From Lama guanicoe (Eukaryota), in NCBI GenBank assembly GCA_013239625.1, contig MU053561.1:1407520-1471519 (forward strand): a DNA stretch of 64,000 nucleotides, read 5' to 3'. The number at the start of each line of letters is the position of its first letter. Within the stretch, counting starts at the first letter, position 1. The position numbers were made by a program, and so were the translations under genes. Of the stretch, positions 13,754-27,090 are shown in pieces. The notes below the pieces were generated by a model that had not been told where the DNA came from, made no database searches, and was given only the letters and a program-made list of their open reading frames with translations.

Positions 13754-14574
13754 AAAAATGTGTTGCTGAAACCCATCAGGGAGTTCAGATGTTTTGAGCA
13801 CTAGGTGCACCAGACTCCTTGTATGGCACCCTGCAATAAATGCTGCACTCTCCTTCACCACAACCTGGTATCAATAGATTGGCTTAACTTCAAACAGACT
13901 ACCTCTCTAGGAGGCTCTCTAAGATCAGCAAATGGGTCTGACCCATGCTCCTTTCAGACTACTGCCTCTGTGCTAGGACTCAGAGCATGTGGGATTTTGT
14001 GTGTGCCATTTAAGAATGGAGTATCTGTTTCCTATAGCCTCCTGGCTTTCCTGAATGGAAGCCTAGCTGGCTTTCAAAGGCAAATGTTCTGGGAGGCTTG
14101 TCTTTCTGATGCAGGTCCCCAGGCAGGAGAGCCCAAAGTGGGGCTCAGACCACTTACTCCTTGAGGAGGACATCTGTGATTGTGATAATCCTTCCATTTG
14201 TGGATCAGGTGAGGGTCCTGACTATGCTGCATCTCTGCCTCTTCTACATGTTTCATTGTGGTTCCTTTTTTGTATCTTTAGTTGTGAAAATTATTTTCTG
14301 CTAGTCTCCAAGTTGCTTTCCTAGATGGTTGCCCTGTAAGGAGTTGTAATTTTTGTGTGTCCATGGGAGGAAGTGAGTTCAGGGTCTTCCTACTCTGTCA
14401 TCTTGGCCACACTCCCCATTTTTCTACTTTAAATTTCTTGTTTCCCAGCCTTGTTTTTAATTCCTCATATGGACACAAACCTGGGCACATATAGTACTAA
14501 CTGTGCTTATCTGGAGGGAAATAGAAACAAGAGCACTAATATCTCCCATACACAGAAACATATTCATAAATATG

Positions 14575-14800
14575 TACCATTAGCAAAAACATTCACATTT
14601 CTTATCTCATTTGATTATCATAACAAACCTCAAGGCGGGAGATCAGTTATTGTTGTTATTACATTTATTCCATAGAAGACAAACTGCTACTAAGAGGTTA
14701 ATACAGAGATTTAAGGTTATACAGTTGGTAAGTGGTACAGCCAGGGTTTGAACTCATGTCTTTCGATTCCCAATCACAGTGTTCTCTCCATTATCACACA
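14575..14800 (-). mobile_element. MIR SINE
   Basis: MIR core motifs: atctcatttgattatcataacaaacct...gaggttaa...ggtaagtggtacagccagggtttgaactc. Confidence 0.7.
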
Positions 14801-16097
14801 CTATCTCCCCCTCTAAACTCTGCAAATTCTTTTATATTCTTGCTCAATACCACCAAAGTAAACTAAAAAAGAGGAACAACACCTTGCTGCTGAGCAAGGT
14901 GGGATAGTTCAAACACTGACTTAGAAGTTCTATCCCTAAGCCTGTTCTTACTTGATCAGTCTGAAGCCAGGCCAGTGACAGATACAAAACAGCTATTCAA
15001 CTTGTTTTAAAAATTCAGCAAAATGTAGACCAAGCAACTGGAAAACTATATTTTGCAGTTGTCAAACATCTTCTCAAGGCTGAACATCTGGATGAACAAT
15101 CATCCAGATGTTTTCAAATGGCTAGACACTTTGCAACATAACTACCAAATATATAATCTATTGCTGTGCAAACATCCAGATGTTTCAAACTTCAAATGTA
15201 GGCTTTAAGTAATTATGGATGTTACCTCCTTCCTGTCTTCCACCTGTAATATTCAACCACTCTCCTATGATGCCTAAATATGGTGAGGTCCATTGAGAAT
15301 CCTCACACCCTCAGATATGAAAAGGATTAATTTTCCAGCTGGATATTCATATGGTCAAAATAATGTATTACTCACCATCATAGGATGGGTTGTGAACAAT
15401 CCTAAATTTCATTTGTAATTAATTAACACTGGCCCGCCCATTGGAACATGGGGGCTGATTTTGTTTTTCAATTTTTTTCCTGTTCAAATAGTATCTATTT
15501 TTTGCCTTGCAAATAATGATATTCTTCTAAAAGTTAGATCCTTTCTTCTGTGCTTTAGTAATAAAAGAGCACACAAAAAACAGGAGGACAGATAAACCAT
15601 GTATCAAGCCATATCCTTCACAGGCTTCTGCACAACTCCTGCCTTTTCCAGAAGAAAATCAACTGCCATTTTTCTTATTATGTCCCTGTAGGGAGTTTCT
15701 TGGCCTCTAACATCAATTAATTCATTAATTTATTCTTTCATTGAGGATTGAATCCCAATGAATAAAATACTGTACAAGATGAGGTAAATAGTAAAAAAAA
15801 AAAAGAGGCAGCTGTAGTAAATAGTAAAAAAAAGAGGCACAATATCGTATTGGAAGTTTACACTCTCCTGTTCTTAATTTGGTATTCATAATAGCTTTGA
15901 GAGACTGATGATGTAATGCCCATTTTATCCATGAAGCCACTGTAGCTCAGAGAGGTTAAGTAACTTGCCAAGGAAATGGATCTTGAACCAAGACCTTACT
16001 CCAAATCCAAGGGTCTTTTTCAGTAGATCAGGTATTCTAATATCGTGCTGAATGAAAATCCTAGGTCTTCAGATGTTAGATATCTTGTGAAAAGGAT

Positions 16098-16471
16098 TTC
16101 TGTGACTCGATGTTTGCGGCCCCAATCCCCGATTCCTAGGTTGAAACTTAATCCTTAATGTGATGGTGTTTGGAGGTGGGGCCTTTGGAAGGTAATTAGG
16201 TCGTGAAGGTAGAGCCTTCATGAAAGGAACTGAGACCCTTATATAAGTGGCCTCTGAGAGGTCCCTTCCCCCTTTACTTTGCTGAAGTGAGAAAATGACC
16301 AAGGACTGCAATCTATGAACCAGAAAGCTGAACCCTTACCAGACGTTGAATCGGTATGCACCTTGGTCTTGGATTTCTCAGCCTCTAGAACTGTGAGAAA
16401 TAAATGTCTGTTGCTTATAAGCCACCCAGTCTATGGTATTTTTATTATAGCAATTCAAACAGACTAAGAAA
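16098..16471 (+). mobile_element. MaLR (MLT1A-like) solo LTR, nested in a decayed hAT-Charlie MITE (~16030-16630)
   Basis: MLT1A motifs (tttggaggtggggcctttggaaggtaattaggtc; agaactgtgagaaataaatg; ccacccagtctatggtatt); 5-bp TSD AGGAT at 16093-16097 and 16472-16476. Confidence 0.85.
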
Positions 16472-16934
16472 AGGATGTTCCTTGGAAAAGTGCTCTGTAG
16501 AAATTAGTTTAACTTTGCTTAACATCATTTCCCAAACTTACCTGGTTATGGAGGCTTTTGCCAAAAACACTTGTTAAATTCCTATAATCCTGGCATTCTA
16601 TAGAACAATCTGAGAAACTGTTTCTAGCTATTCCAGACTTGCTCTCAATTACAGCTTACAGTCATTGCTGTCAGTACCCCCCCTTCATTTCCTTCTAGAA
16701 ATGTTTTTTCTCATCTCCATGCCATCAGCTAAGAGCAGGTACCCTCATGTTATTTTCCTGATGTGCCTCTGTAATCTAGTCTTTTCTTAGTCTTTCTTAC
16801 CATCTGCCTAAATTTTATTTCATCAAAGCCACCTCCTTTATCTATATACCCTTTATTCTATGCCCCACCCCCATTTTTGGTTTTCATTAACATATTTTAT
16901 TTTTTTCTGAGATACCGTCTTGCTCCTTTTCTAG

Positions 16935-17102
16935 TACCTTCTACTTCAAAGTGCAGTCTGAGAACCAGTATCAGCATCACCAGGGAGTTTGTTGGAAATG
17001 CAGAATCTAAGGACCTAGTGCACTCTTAACGAATCAGAATACAGTTTTAAGCAGAATTCCCAGGTAATCCCTTGAACATGGAAGATTAAGAAACCCTGCT
17101 TT
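16935..17102. mobile_element. MER5A-like hAT-Charlie MITE
   Basis: atcagcatcaccagggagtttgttggaaatgcagaatc...aatcagaat...cccaggtaatc motifs. Confidence 0.7.
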
Positions 17103-18099
17103 ATCATAGTATTTAAGACCTCCCTTGGCTCTTTAGTAACTATGTCCTCAAAGCAATGAAAAGATTAGCTGTGAAGAATGGGTCCCATGATGAGGAGTAA
17201 ATTATATAGAGATTATTAAACACGCATGTTTACACATACACTTATACAGCCACAATTATTATGTCATTCTCCTACTACGTATCTTTCAAAAGTTCTCCAC
17301 AGAAGTCATGTTAAAGTCTAAGCTCCACAGCTTAAAAGACCTTTATGATCAGCCTGTCAGCCTCATCTTTACCAGCCTTTCTCCAAATTCCACTGTTATT
17401 TATGTTCCAGACATACTGGATGGATGGAATTTGTTAAACTATCTGTGTTTTTCCTCTTGTCTTTGCTACTTTGCCCATTCAGCCCTCTCTGCCTGGCATG
17501 GCTTTCCCATTCCTCTTCACTTGGCCTATGCCTACTTATATTTAAGGTCCCATCATAGGTGACAATGCCTCTGAATATCTTTAACCTTATCCTCGAAAGA
17601 CCCCTACACAGCCTACAGATTCATTTGTTTCCTCAATGTATACTGATTACAGGCTCATCGGCTACCAGCTACTGCTATATTGCACTTAACATAATGTATT
17701 ACAGTCGTTTGACTTAATATCCTTACTAGATCAGAAATTCTTTGAAGACAGGACTATCTTCATTTATCCAATAAATATTTGTTAAGTACCCCAACTACAT
17801 GTTTTATTAATGGTGCCACACACTGAGAATGTACACATGAAAGTCCTTTATTAAAGAGACAAGGGAGAGGATCTGATTGGTATCCTCAGTGTGGTCTCTA
17901 TGAGATATGAGAAATTTCAACCTAACCTTTTTTGGAACAGCTTCAATTCAAAATGTTGACTCCTATATCCCTCCAAAGTTTCCCAATTTTTAGTTAAAAA
18001 ACATAGCCACCATAATAATCAAACTCAATATTCTCATCTTGAAAAATAAAGTCTTAAAATCTCAGTATATTGTGTTACAGGAGAAATTATACATGGCAG

Positions 18100-18362
18100 G
18101 AGGAACATAGGCTATAGCAAAAAAGAACATGGCTCTGGGGCTGGACTTTCCTGGTACAAATCACCATTCTAATGCTTACGTATTTGACCTCGGCCAAGTT
18201 ATTTCAACTTCCTAAGACTCCATGTGCTCATCTATAAAGTGAGAATAATAACAGTACCACTAACTTACTGCGTTATTGATAAGTTAAATGAAAAAAATGC
18301 ACGCAGAACACTTAGGACAGCGACTGCATTAAATAAATGTTCAATAAACGTTTACTACTATT
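18100..18362 (+). mobile_element. MIR SINE
   Basis: tgacctcggccaagttatttcaacttcc...ctcatctataaagtgagaataataacagtacc...tcaataaacgtt. Confidence 0.8.
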
Positions 18363-21289
18363 AATATTTGTGCATGGGGTTTACATTTAGAGAAAGTTTT
18401 CAAAGTAACATTCTACCACCACAAAAAGGTATTGCTGCTGGTAGAAAACTTGGGACCCCTTGCCATATACTGGAGACAACAGTTACCCTCTTTCCTTCTC
18501 CAAGAAAATAAAAAGAAACAAGAGTCTTTTCTATTTGTAGTCCACTCAGTTTACCCAAAGACTCCCCAGACCAGCTGAAACAAATTGAGGGCAGCCAACT
18601 GCAAGGTTGTAAGCAAACTGCCATTACTGTACAGACCATAGGAAATTCCAAAAAATTGTGAAAAAGTACAGACATAAAAGAATCTCAGTTGACACTCAAG
18701 TCCTTGGCTTGAGACAATTAACAAGAATGTTCTCAAGCACAGCAGAGACCTCTTTCATTGTTCAACTCAGCATTCCACTTAGGACTTAATGACAGAAGGC
18801 GTTGCAGTGGAATTATTCTTCTCTGGGTCCCACCCAGGCCACCCTCCAGAAGCTTCTCTGCAGCCCTGCCCAAGCCCTGTGGAAGAGAAAAGGCACAAAG
18901 TGGGATGTTTGTGGCCAGACTGTCTCCAATTAGTCAGAATGAGAACAATGATTGGCCTTTTCTCTAAGCGAGGCTGGAAAAAAAAAATCCTACATTTTGG
19001 GTGGGATGGGGAAGAAATTTTTGGCTGATGGATCAGATTCCAACAGGCAATCTTCAGGAATCTATATTGACTGTGACCCATTTCACCCAAGCAGTCAGAG
19101 CCCCAGAAACTTAGAAGAAGTACATGGTGGTGGCCCCAGAAAGGACGATGTGGCTACTAAACCATTGCGATCAAAGTTTAGAGCACTTAAAATTCACCTG
19201 TGTCCTTGGTTTTTAAAAAGCAGGTTCCCATCCCTGGTAAACTGAATTAGCAGGCCTGAGACAGCCCAAGAATCTGAACTTTTAACAGTAACCCCTCCTT
19301 CCCCAGAATAATTCTGTTCTAAGTGAGCTACACAGCAACTCTGAGGGGGTAAAAAATTGCCCTGAGTGGATTCTGGGGACTGGCTGGGGCCTAGGTCAGA
19401 TGAAGACAACATTCCAGACCATATGTAATAAAATTATGCTAAGACAGTTAATGGTTAATAGTTAGGAGGGGGACTAAGAAATAATGACCAGAATTAAAGT
19501 CAAAGATCAGATTCGAATTCTACCTCCTGTACCTCAGGACTGGAAACATAATTTTCTAAGACTCCTGATCCTCCTAATATGGTGAGGAAAAACAAAGTGG
19601 TTGTTTTGAGTTAAGTGAGGCACTGTGTGTAAATGTGCTTGTAAATAGTAAAATGCTCAACAAATACTTGTGGTTAATAGGCCTCGTTCAGAAGTAAATG
19701 CATTTTAACAATAGAATTCTAACAATTCAAAGAACTAAGCCATAGAAACAACTTTTGAAAATCAGAGACAGATATTAAAGCCACTCATAAATAGATTTTA
19801 GAGCAAGTGAGGGGGGCTATCTAGGGTCTCCAAATCTCAGTGTATAGATCAGGAGTATACATGACTAATATGCACATACACATTTATGCATATACACGTA
19901 AGTATATGGACATACAACATATATGGTCAGTAGTTCAAGGCCCCGGCTCCTTCAATGACCTTGGTTCACTTATTATTTTCTCCTCAGGTCCTTGAACTTC
20001 AGTGAGCACAATCTAATGAAAAACTCCTGTGACAAATTTCCACTTTGTTTTGTAAATCTATCCGCAAACTAGTCAACTGCTTGAATTCTTTTAAGCTGTG
20101 GAGAATTTTCTAAGCCGGCTCTAAGTCTCTTCTAAGTCCAGAGTTACTGGACTGATGAACTGCTGGGGAAAGAAACACCTCTGTTATTGGGTCTGGCTCA
20201 GCCCAGAATGCTGTAGGCTCCTGGGGAAATACCTCAGCACCCAGCACTGGGACTGAGATTCACAGGAGCTCCTTCTCTGTGCCTTGATACTTGAGCAAAT
20301 CCAAACCCCATTTGGCTATAGCTCATATGAGAGCAGAAAATAAAAATGAGGATAAAAACTGGGGGCAGAGAGGGAAGTAATGGAAAGAAAAGAATTGAGA
20401 AAGAAGAATCCCCAAGAAACTCTAGCCAAATATATTTAATAATTTTTACATCTGGTGGGGAAATAGCCAGGAAAGAACCCCTATGTAGGTGGTGGGTCCT
20501 GAGGGAATGTCAAGTTGATGAAGCTATCATTCACTTGCTCCAGGTTTAGCCCCTTCACCCATCCCCCACTCTCACAAGCTGTTCGTTAGATCAGCAAAGG
20601 GTCTCCTCTCTGCAAATGTACGTTTAAATATCTAGATCCTCTGTAGTCCCAGTGCCTCAGCCTTCAGGAAAACAGGGGGCTTAAGTCAAAAGGCTGCTCA
20701 GGGGAAGAAATTCAGAGGAAATGGATACTTAACCTCCACTGTACCCAGTATATCACACCTCCCTCACAGCCCAGAGGAGGCCCCCGAAGAGACTGAGGCA
20801 GGTTGAGTGCTTCCAAGCCTGAGTGCTGGCAATACTGGAAGTTGCTGATGATTCTGTGCGTGGACACAGAGGCAAAATGGTGGGTGTAAAGGGAAGTCCA
20901 GGATGGCTTTCACCTTTATTAGTTGTGTGCCCTAGGCAATTTGCTTTAACCTCTCAACCCGGTTTCTTAATCTACCAGGTAAAATGGACAATATCTGCCC
21001 CTACTCTAACAGCATAGGATTATGAGAAAATCAAAATTCAGTATGAAATGGCATTTGGTCATGAACTCATGATGTGTTCTCTTCCTCATTCCTACAAATA
21101 ATCTAAAAAGACATAGGACAAAATAAAATCTTAATGACAACACTGAAAACTAGAACTGATTATTAGCTATCTCTCTTTCCTCTTTTCTATCAATATTCTA
21201 GCCCAACATGAGCTACTGCCAGTCAAATGGAACAGCAACATAGCTGATTTCCTAACTTCTGTTACTGGTCCCCAAAAATGCAATGCATG

Positions 21290-24200
21290 ATCTATCACAC
21301 ATACAGAAGAGTATATATAATGTATATGTAGAGTTTAAGAATAACAATAAGCAAACATTCAGCTTAATAAACAGATTATTACAAACACCTACAGATTCCT
21401 GTGGGTCCCTTCCTGACTATATTCCTTCCTTTCCCTTCTGAAAGCTAATCATGATGTTGTCTCTTGTTTCATCATATCCTCACTTTTCCTTATGTCATTA
21501 CCACAAAGGTATGTGTCCTCAAATAATAAACTGATTAGTTTTGCCTCTTTCTTAAATTTCATTTAATGGAATAATCTGAAGTTATCTTCAGTTACTTGCT
21601 TTTTATTGTTCAATGTTATGTTCCTGAGATTCATCCACATTGATGAAGGCAGCCCTTTATATTTCACCACTATATAATATTCCATTGTATGGATAAACAT
21701 TATTGTTATCTTTTCTTCTATTCATGTACATTTGGATTATTTCCATTATTTTACTAGCAGTACTACTATGGGATTTGCTTGTGTATATTCTCTAGTACAC
21801 ATTTCAGAGTTTTTCAAGAAATATCTCCAGGAGTGGAATTAGTGATCATGGTGTACATATACATCTTCAACTGTATCAGATAATGCAAAAGGGTCTACCA
21901 ATGGAATGATTATACCAATTTATGATTTCACCAATAGTGTATGAGTTCCTTTTGCTCCATATCCACACCAGCAACTGGAATTATTAGATTTTATAGTTCT
22001 GGCTAGTCTATTTTAATCTGCATTTGCTGATTGTTAATGAGGTTGAGTACATTCAGAAATCATTATTGGTCATTCATATATCTTTTTATGAATTACCTGC
22101 TTATGTCTTCTGTCTGGTTTTGTTTTGGGTTCTATGTCTGTTTTCTTATTTATATATTCTGAATGCTAATCCTTTTTCAGTCCTGTGTTACAAATATCTC
22201 TGTTGGGTCTGTGGCTTATCTTTTAATATTAATTATGGCATCTTTTGATGAAAAATAATTCTAATTTTAGTGTAAAACTTTTCAGATATTTTATCATTTA
22301 CCTATTTTGAGTCTTGTATAATAAAGTTTTCTGTAGAATTCTACTGTATTGATTTTTAAAATTTTTAAGTTTTGCCTCCCAAGTTCGTGGCTATTTTAAA
22401 ACATTTTTTTAATTGTAAAGGGTACTCATATACAGAGATGTGCATAAAATGTAAATATATAGATTATTATAAAATGATCACCTGTGTAACTACCACCTAG
22501 GTCAAGAAATAGAAGGTATGCCAGACCTTCAGAGTTCTCCCCATAGCTCTTCCAATTACTATTCCCTACTCTACTCTACCCTACCAGGTATAAATACTAT
22601 TTTAACTTCTAACCCAGTAGTTTGGTTTTGCTTGTTTTCAAAGTTCATATAAATGGAAACAAAAGGCTTGTAATCATCTGTGTTTGGTTCCTTTCATTCA
22701 GTATTATGTCTTTTATATTCATCTATATTGTTGCATTTAATAATAGTTTGTTCATTTTCACTGATATGAAATATATTCTTAAATGAATTATACTATAAAT
22801 GTTTTAGCCACTTTACTGTTGATGGACATTTGTACTATTTCTAGTTTGAGATATTACCAATAATAATTATCAATATGAACATTTTCACATCTATCTGTTG
22901 GAAAACATACCAGATTTCTGTTGGGTATATACATAGGACTCAAACTGCTGGGTAATAAAGCATGGGTATGCACAGCTTTAGCAGATATTGTCAATGAGTT
23001 TTCTGAAGTAGTTGTACCAATTTACAGTTCCACCCACAGTATATGAGGATTGTGGCTGTGCCATATCCACTCCATCAAATGGTACTGTTAAGTCTTTTAA
23101 CTTTAGCCATTTGGATGGATATGTAGTGGTACCTTGTTTGATTTTAATCTCCAATTTCTTAATTATCAGTAAATATGAGCACCTTTTCATATGTTTATTG
23201 GTCTGTTGGATAATCTATTTTGTTAAATGTCTAATCAGGTCTCTTGTCCAGTTTAATATTGAATTGTCTGCTTTTCTTATTGATTGAAATTTTTGTATAC
23301 CAGACACCTATGGTGGATATTTATGACAAGTTAGATAAAACTCGTTTGCTATGTTGTATATATGTATATATGTATGTTGTATATATCTTCTCATCTTAGC
23401 TTGCCTTTTCATTCTCTTAATGCTGTGTTTAGATTATCAGATGTTCTTAAATTTAACATTATCCAGTTTATCAATTTTGTTCTTTTATGATTGGTGCTTC
23501 TACATTATTTTCTAGTTCTATTTTTTATTCATGTTTAGATTTATAATCCACATAAAACTGATTTTTGTGTAAGAGAGGAGTTAAATTACTTTTTTTTTGC
23601 TAACATATTTAGATTTTGTTTTCTACATAAAGTTATATTATCTGCTACCACTAACACTTTTGTGTCTTTCCCTCCCCTCAACTTCTTAAGCTTTTATTTT
23701 CTTTTTCTTAAATTTTTTCTCTATCTACTGAAAATAATCATATAATTTTTCTTGCTTATCTTGAGGTGGATTACATCACTAGATTTTTTTCTTCCAATTT
23801 TGAACTAAACTGAATTCTGGAAAATTCACTACTTGGTCATAGTGTACTTTTTTCCATGCATTGCTAAGTTCAGTTGCTAATAATTTGTCTAGGATTTTGT
23901 CATACATGTTCATGAGTGATTTTGACCTGTACTATTTCTCATTTTTTAAACTCTTCTGGTTTGGTTTTGATATCAAAAGTATACTAGACCATAATTGTTT
24001 CCCTTTTCCTCCTATGAGCTGGAAGATGTTTTGTAGTATTTGTATTTCCTAATCCATGGATGTTTGGTAAAAGTTACTTACAAAAATTTGGGCCTTTTAT
24101 TTTCATTGTAGGATGTTTTTAAAAATAATATTTAATTTCTTAAATGGTTATAGAACTATTTAGGTTTTCTATTTCTTATTGAATACAGTTAACACTATAT

Positions 24201-24650
24201 TTTTTCTAGGAATTAAATATTTCACTAGCTTTCAAATGTGTTAAAGTTAATCAAAATTTTGTTTTATCTTTTCATCCCTGCTACAACTGTAGTCAGATTA
24301 TACTCTCAAAGGCTGATATTTGTGCCTTTTCTCTTTCTCTCTCTCTCTTTTTTTTTTTTTTTGGCCTTATTTTGACAAAGTTATTTCTTTCCTTCTACTC
24401 TACAGATGTATTCTGTTGTTCTTTTTTCTCACTTTTTTTTCTCACTTATTAAGTTATATGCATGGTACAACAATTTTCAGGCTTTTTTCTCTTCCATTAT
24501 AAGCAGGCAAATCTGTAAACTTCCTTTTAACCATTACCTTAGATATATCCCACAAATTTTTACATATGCTGTTTTTCACAGCGTGCTTTAGAATTTCTAT
24601 TATGATTTCTTTTTTGATTAGGGTATCTAGAAGTGTGTTTTAAAAATTGT
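21290..24650 (-). mobile_element. Cluster of ancient L1 (L1MC/L1ME-like) fragments
   Basis: Two decayed 3' ends (~21290-22380 and ~22400-23570) and a decayed ORF2 body; ORF 22978-23190 MKRCSYLLIIKKLEIK resembles the ORF2 C-terminus; boundaries approximate. Confidence 0.7.
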
Positions 24651-24739
24651 AATCTGAAAATAAATGAAAAGGTCCTCCCACTGAGAAATTTAAAAATAAA
24701 TGAAAAAAAATTTAGGTTAAATTTAAAACTTTTCAAAAA

Positions 24740-26515
24740 ATAACATAATACTAGATAACACACAAAAAATCATTTGTGATTCTTTCTACACATTAACAGT
24801 GAACAACCTGAAAAGGAAGTTAAGAAACAATTCCATTTATAATAGCATCAAAAAAAAATATTTTGGAATAAGTTTAACCCAAGAGAGGACTTACACACTG
24901 AAAACTATGAAACACTGCTGAGAGAAATTAAAGACACAAGTAAATGGAAAAACATCTGTGTTCATGGACTGAAAGACTTAATATTGTTAAAATAGCAATA
25001 TTACCCAAAGTGATCTACAGACTTAATGCAATCACTATCAAAATCCAAGTTACATTTTTGGCTAAAATTCACTTGGAATCTCAAGGTACTTGTGATAACC
25101 AGAAGATTCTTGAAAAAGGATAGAGTTAGAAGTCTCACACTTCCTGACTTTCAAACTTATCACAAAGCTACAGTAATCAAAACAGTGTAGTACTGGCATA
25201 AAGACAAACATACAGACCAATGGCACACATTAGAGTGCCCAGAAATAATATGGTCAAATGATTCTCAACAAGGATGCCAAAGCCATTCAGTAGAGAAAGC
25301 ACAATCTCTTCAAAAAACTGTAATGGGAAAACTAAACAGCCACATGCAAAATCATGAAGTAGGATCCTTACCTTATACTATATACAAAAATGGATCAAAG
25401 ACCTAAGAGCTAAAACTATAAAACTCAGGAGAAAACATACAGGGGAAGCTGTATGACACTGGATTTGGCAATAATTTCTTGAATATGATACATAAAGCAC
25501 AGACAATAGAAGTAACAACAGATAAATTAGACAACATTGAACTGAAAAACTGCAACAAATGATACAACCAACAGAGTGAAAATGCAACCAACAGAAATGG
25601 AAAAGAGTATTAGCAAATCATATGTACACCAAATAAATATATATATGTATGTATATCTCAACAACAACAAAAACACACCCTATTTAAAACATGGGCAAAG
25701 GACTTAAATAGACTTTTCTCCAAAGAAGATGTACAAATGGACAACAAGCATATGAAAAGATGTTCAACATCACTAATCATTAGAGAGATGCAAATCAAAA
25801 CCACAATGCAGACCATCTCACATTCGTTAGGCTATCTACTAACTAAAACAAACAAACAAAAACCAGAAAATAGCCAGTAAGAATATGGAGAAAATGGAAC
25901 TTTTGTACACTGTTGATAGGAATGTAAGATGCTGCAACTGCTATGGAAAACAATATGGCAGTTCCCCAAAAATTAAAAACAAAATTACTATGAGATCCAG
26001 CAATTTCATTTCTCAATAGATATATCCAAAAAGAACTGAAAGCAGTGTCCCAAAGATATTTGTACACTCAATGTTTATAGCAGCATTATTCATAATAGCC
26101 AAAAAGCAGAAGAAACTCAAGTATCCATAGACATGAATGAATAAACAAAACGTGCTACATACATACAATGGAATATTACAATGGAAGAAAATTCTGACAT
26201 GTGCTACAACATGGATGAATTTTGAGGCTATTATACTAAGTGAAAAAAAAAGTCAGTTAGAAAATAACAAATACTGATGGACTCTTATAGAAAGTATCTA
26301 AAGTAGTCAAAAATCACAGAAATAGGAAGCAGAATGGCAGTTTCCAGGGGTTCTAGGGAGGGAGAAATGGGTAGTTGTTCAATTGGTACAGAGTTTCAGT
26401 TTTGTATTATGAAAAAGTTCTTGAGATTGGTTGCACAACAAAATAAACTTTACTCTGAACCGTACACTTAAAAATGGTAAGATGGAATATTTTATGTATT
26501 TTACAATTTAAAAAA
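24740..26515 (+). mobile_element. Old L1 (L1MA/L1MB-like) ORF2 3' third and 3' UTR
   Basis: Recognisable decayed ORF2 (aagacttaatattgttaaaatagcaatattacccaaagtgatctacag; atgcaaatcaaaaccacaatg) and 3' UTR ending acacttaaaaatggtaagatgg. Confidence 0.85.
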
Positions 26516-27090
26516 ACTCTGAAGTTGTTCTCTGACTTTAAGCTAATAAAATGTGTGATAGCCTGAATGTAAAACAAAACAAAAACTATAACAGATATTA
26601 TTTCTCACCTATAACACTGTAAAAAATGAAAAAGCATGCCAAAACATTCTGCCTACAGGGCTTTGGGGAAATAGGCACTGTCATACATTGCTGATAGGAA
26701 AGCAAACTGGAAAAACCTTTTTGGCAGGAAATTTAGAAATATCTAACACTACTAGATATGCGTTTTCCTTTTTTTTTTTACATTTTTTATTGATTCATAA
26801 TCATTTTACAGTGTTGTGTCAAATTCCAGTGTTCAGCACAATTTTTCATTCATGGACATATACACACTCATTGTCACATTTTTTCTCTGTGATTTATCAT
26901 AACATTTTGTGTATATTTCCCTGTGCTATACAGTGTAATCTTGTTTATCTATTCTACAATTTTGAAATCCCAGTCTATCCCTTCCCACCCTCTACCCCCC
27001 CGGTAACCACAAGTCTGTATTCTCTGTCCATGAGTCTATTTCTGTCCTGTATTTATGCTTTGTTTTTGTTTGTTTGTTTGTTTTTGTTTT

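Larger units (their letters stand above)
9851..13896 (+). mobile_element. ERV1-type LTR (pieces 9851-10159, 12841-12853, 13754-13896) split by two retro-insertions; 3' end apparently missing
   Basis: Starts TGTAACC; CCAAT box near 10106; TATA-like ctttaaaaa is the insertion site; AATAAA near 13835; sequence is contiguous once the insertions and their TSDs are removed. Confidence 0.75.
6995..14417 (-). mobile_element. Old, originally full-length L1, now rearranged and hosting nested insertions
   Basis: 3' UTR/ORF2 end at 6995-8540, inter-ORF remnant at 9650-9790, 5' UTR at 13900-14417 ending in a degenerate YY1 start (minus: gggagtgtggccaagatgacagagtagg); treating these as one element is inference from colinear order and strand. 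Confidence 0.65.

Noticed and set aside
26979..27001. G-quadruplex-like tract in the L1 3' UTR (minus GGGGGGGTAGAGGGTGGGAAGGG)
   Set aside because: Real motif but a well-known general feature of L1 3' UTRs
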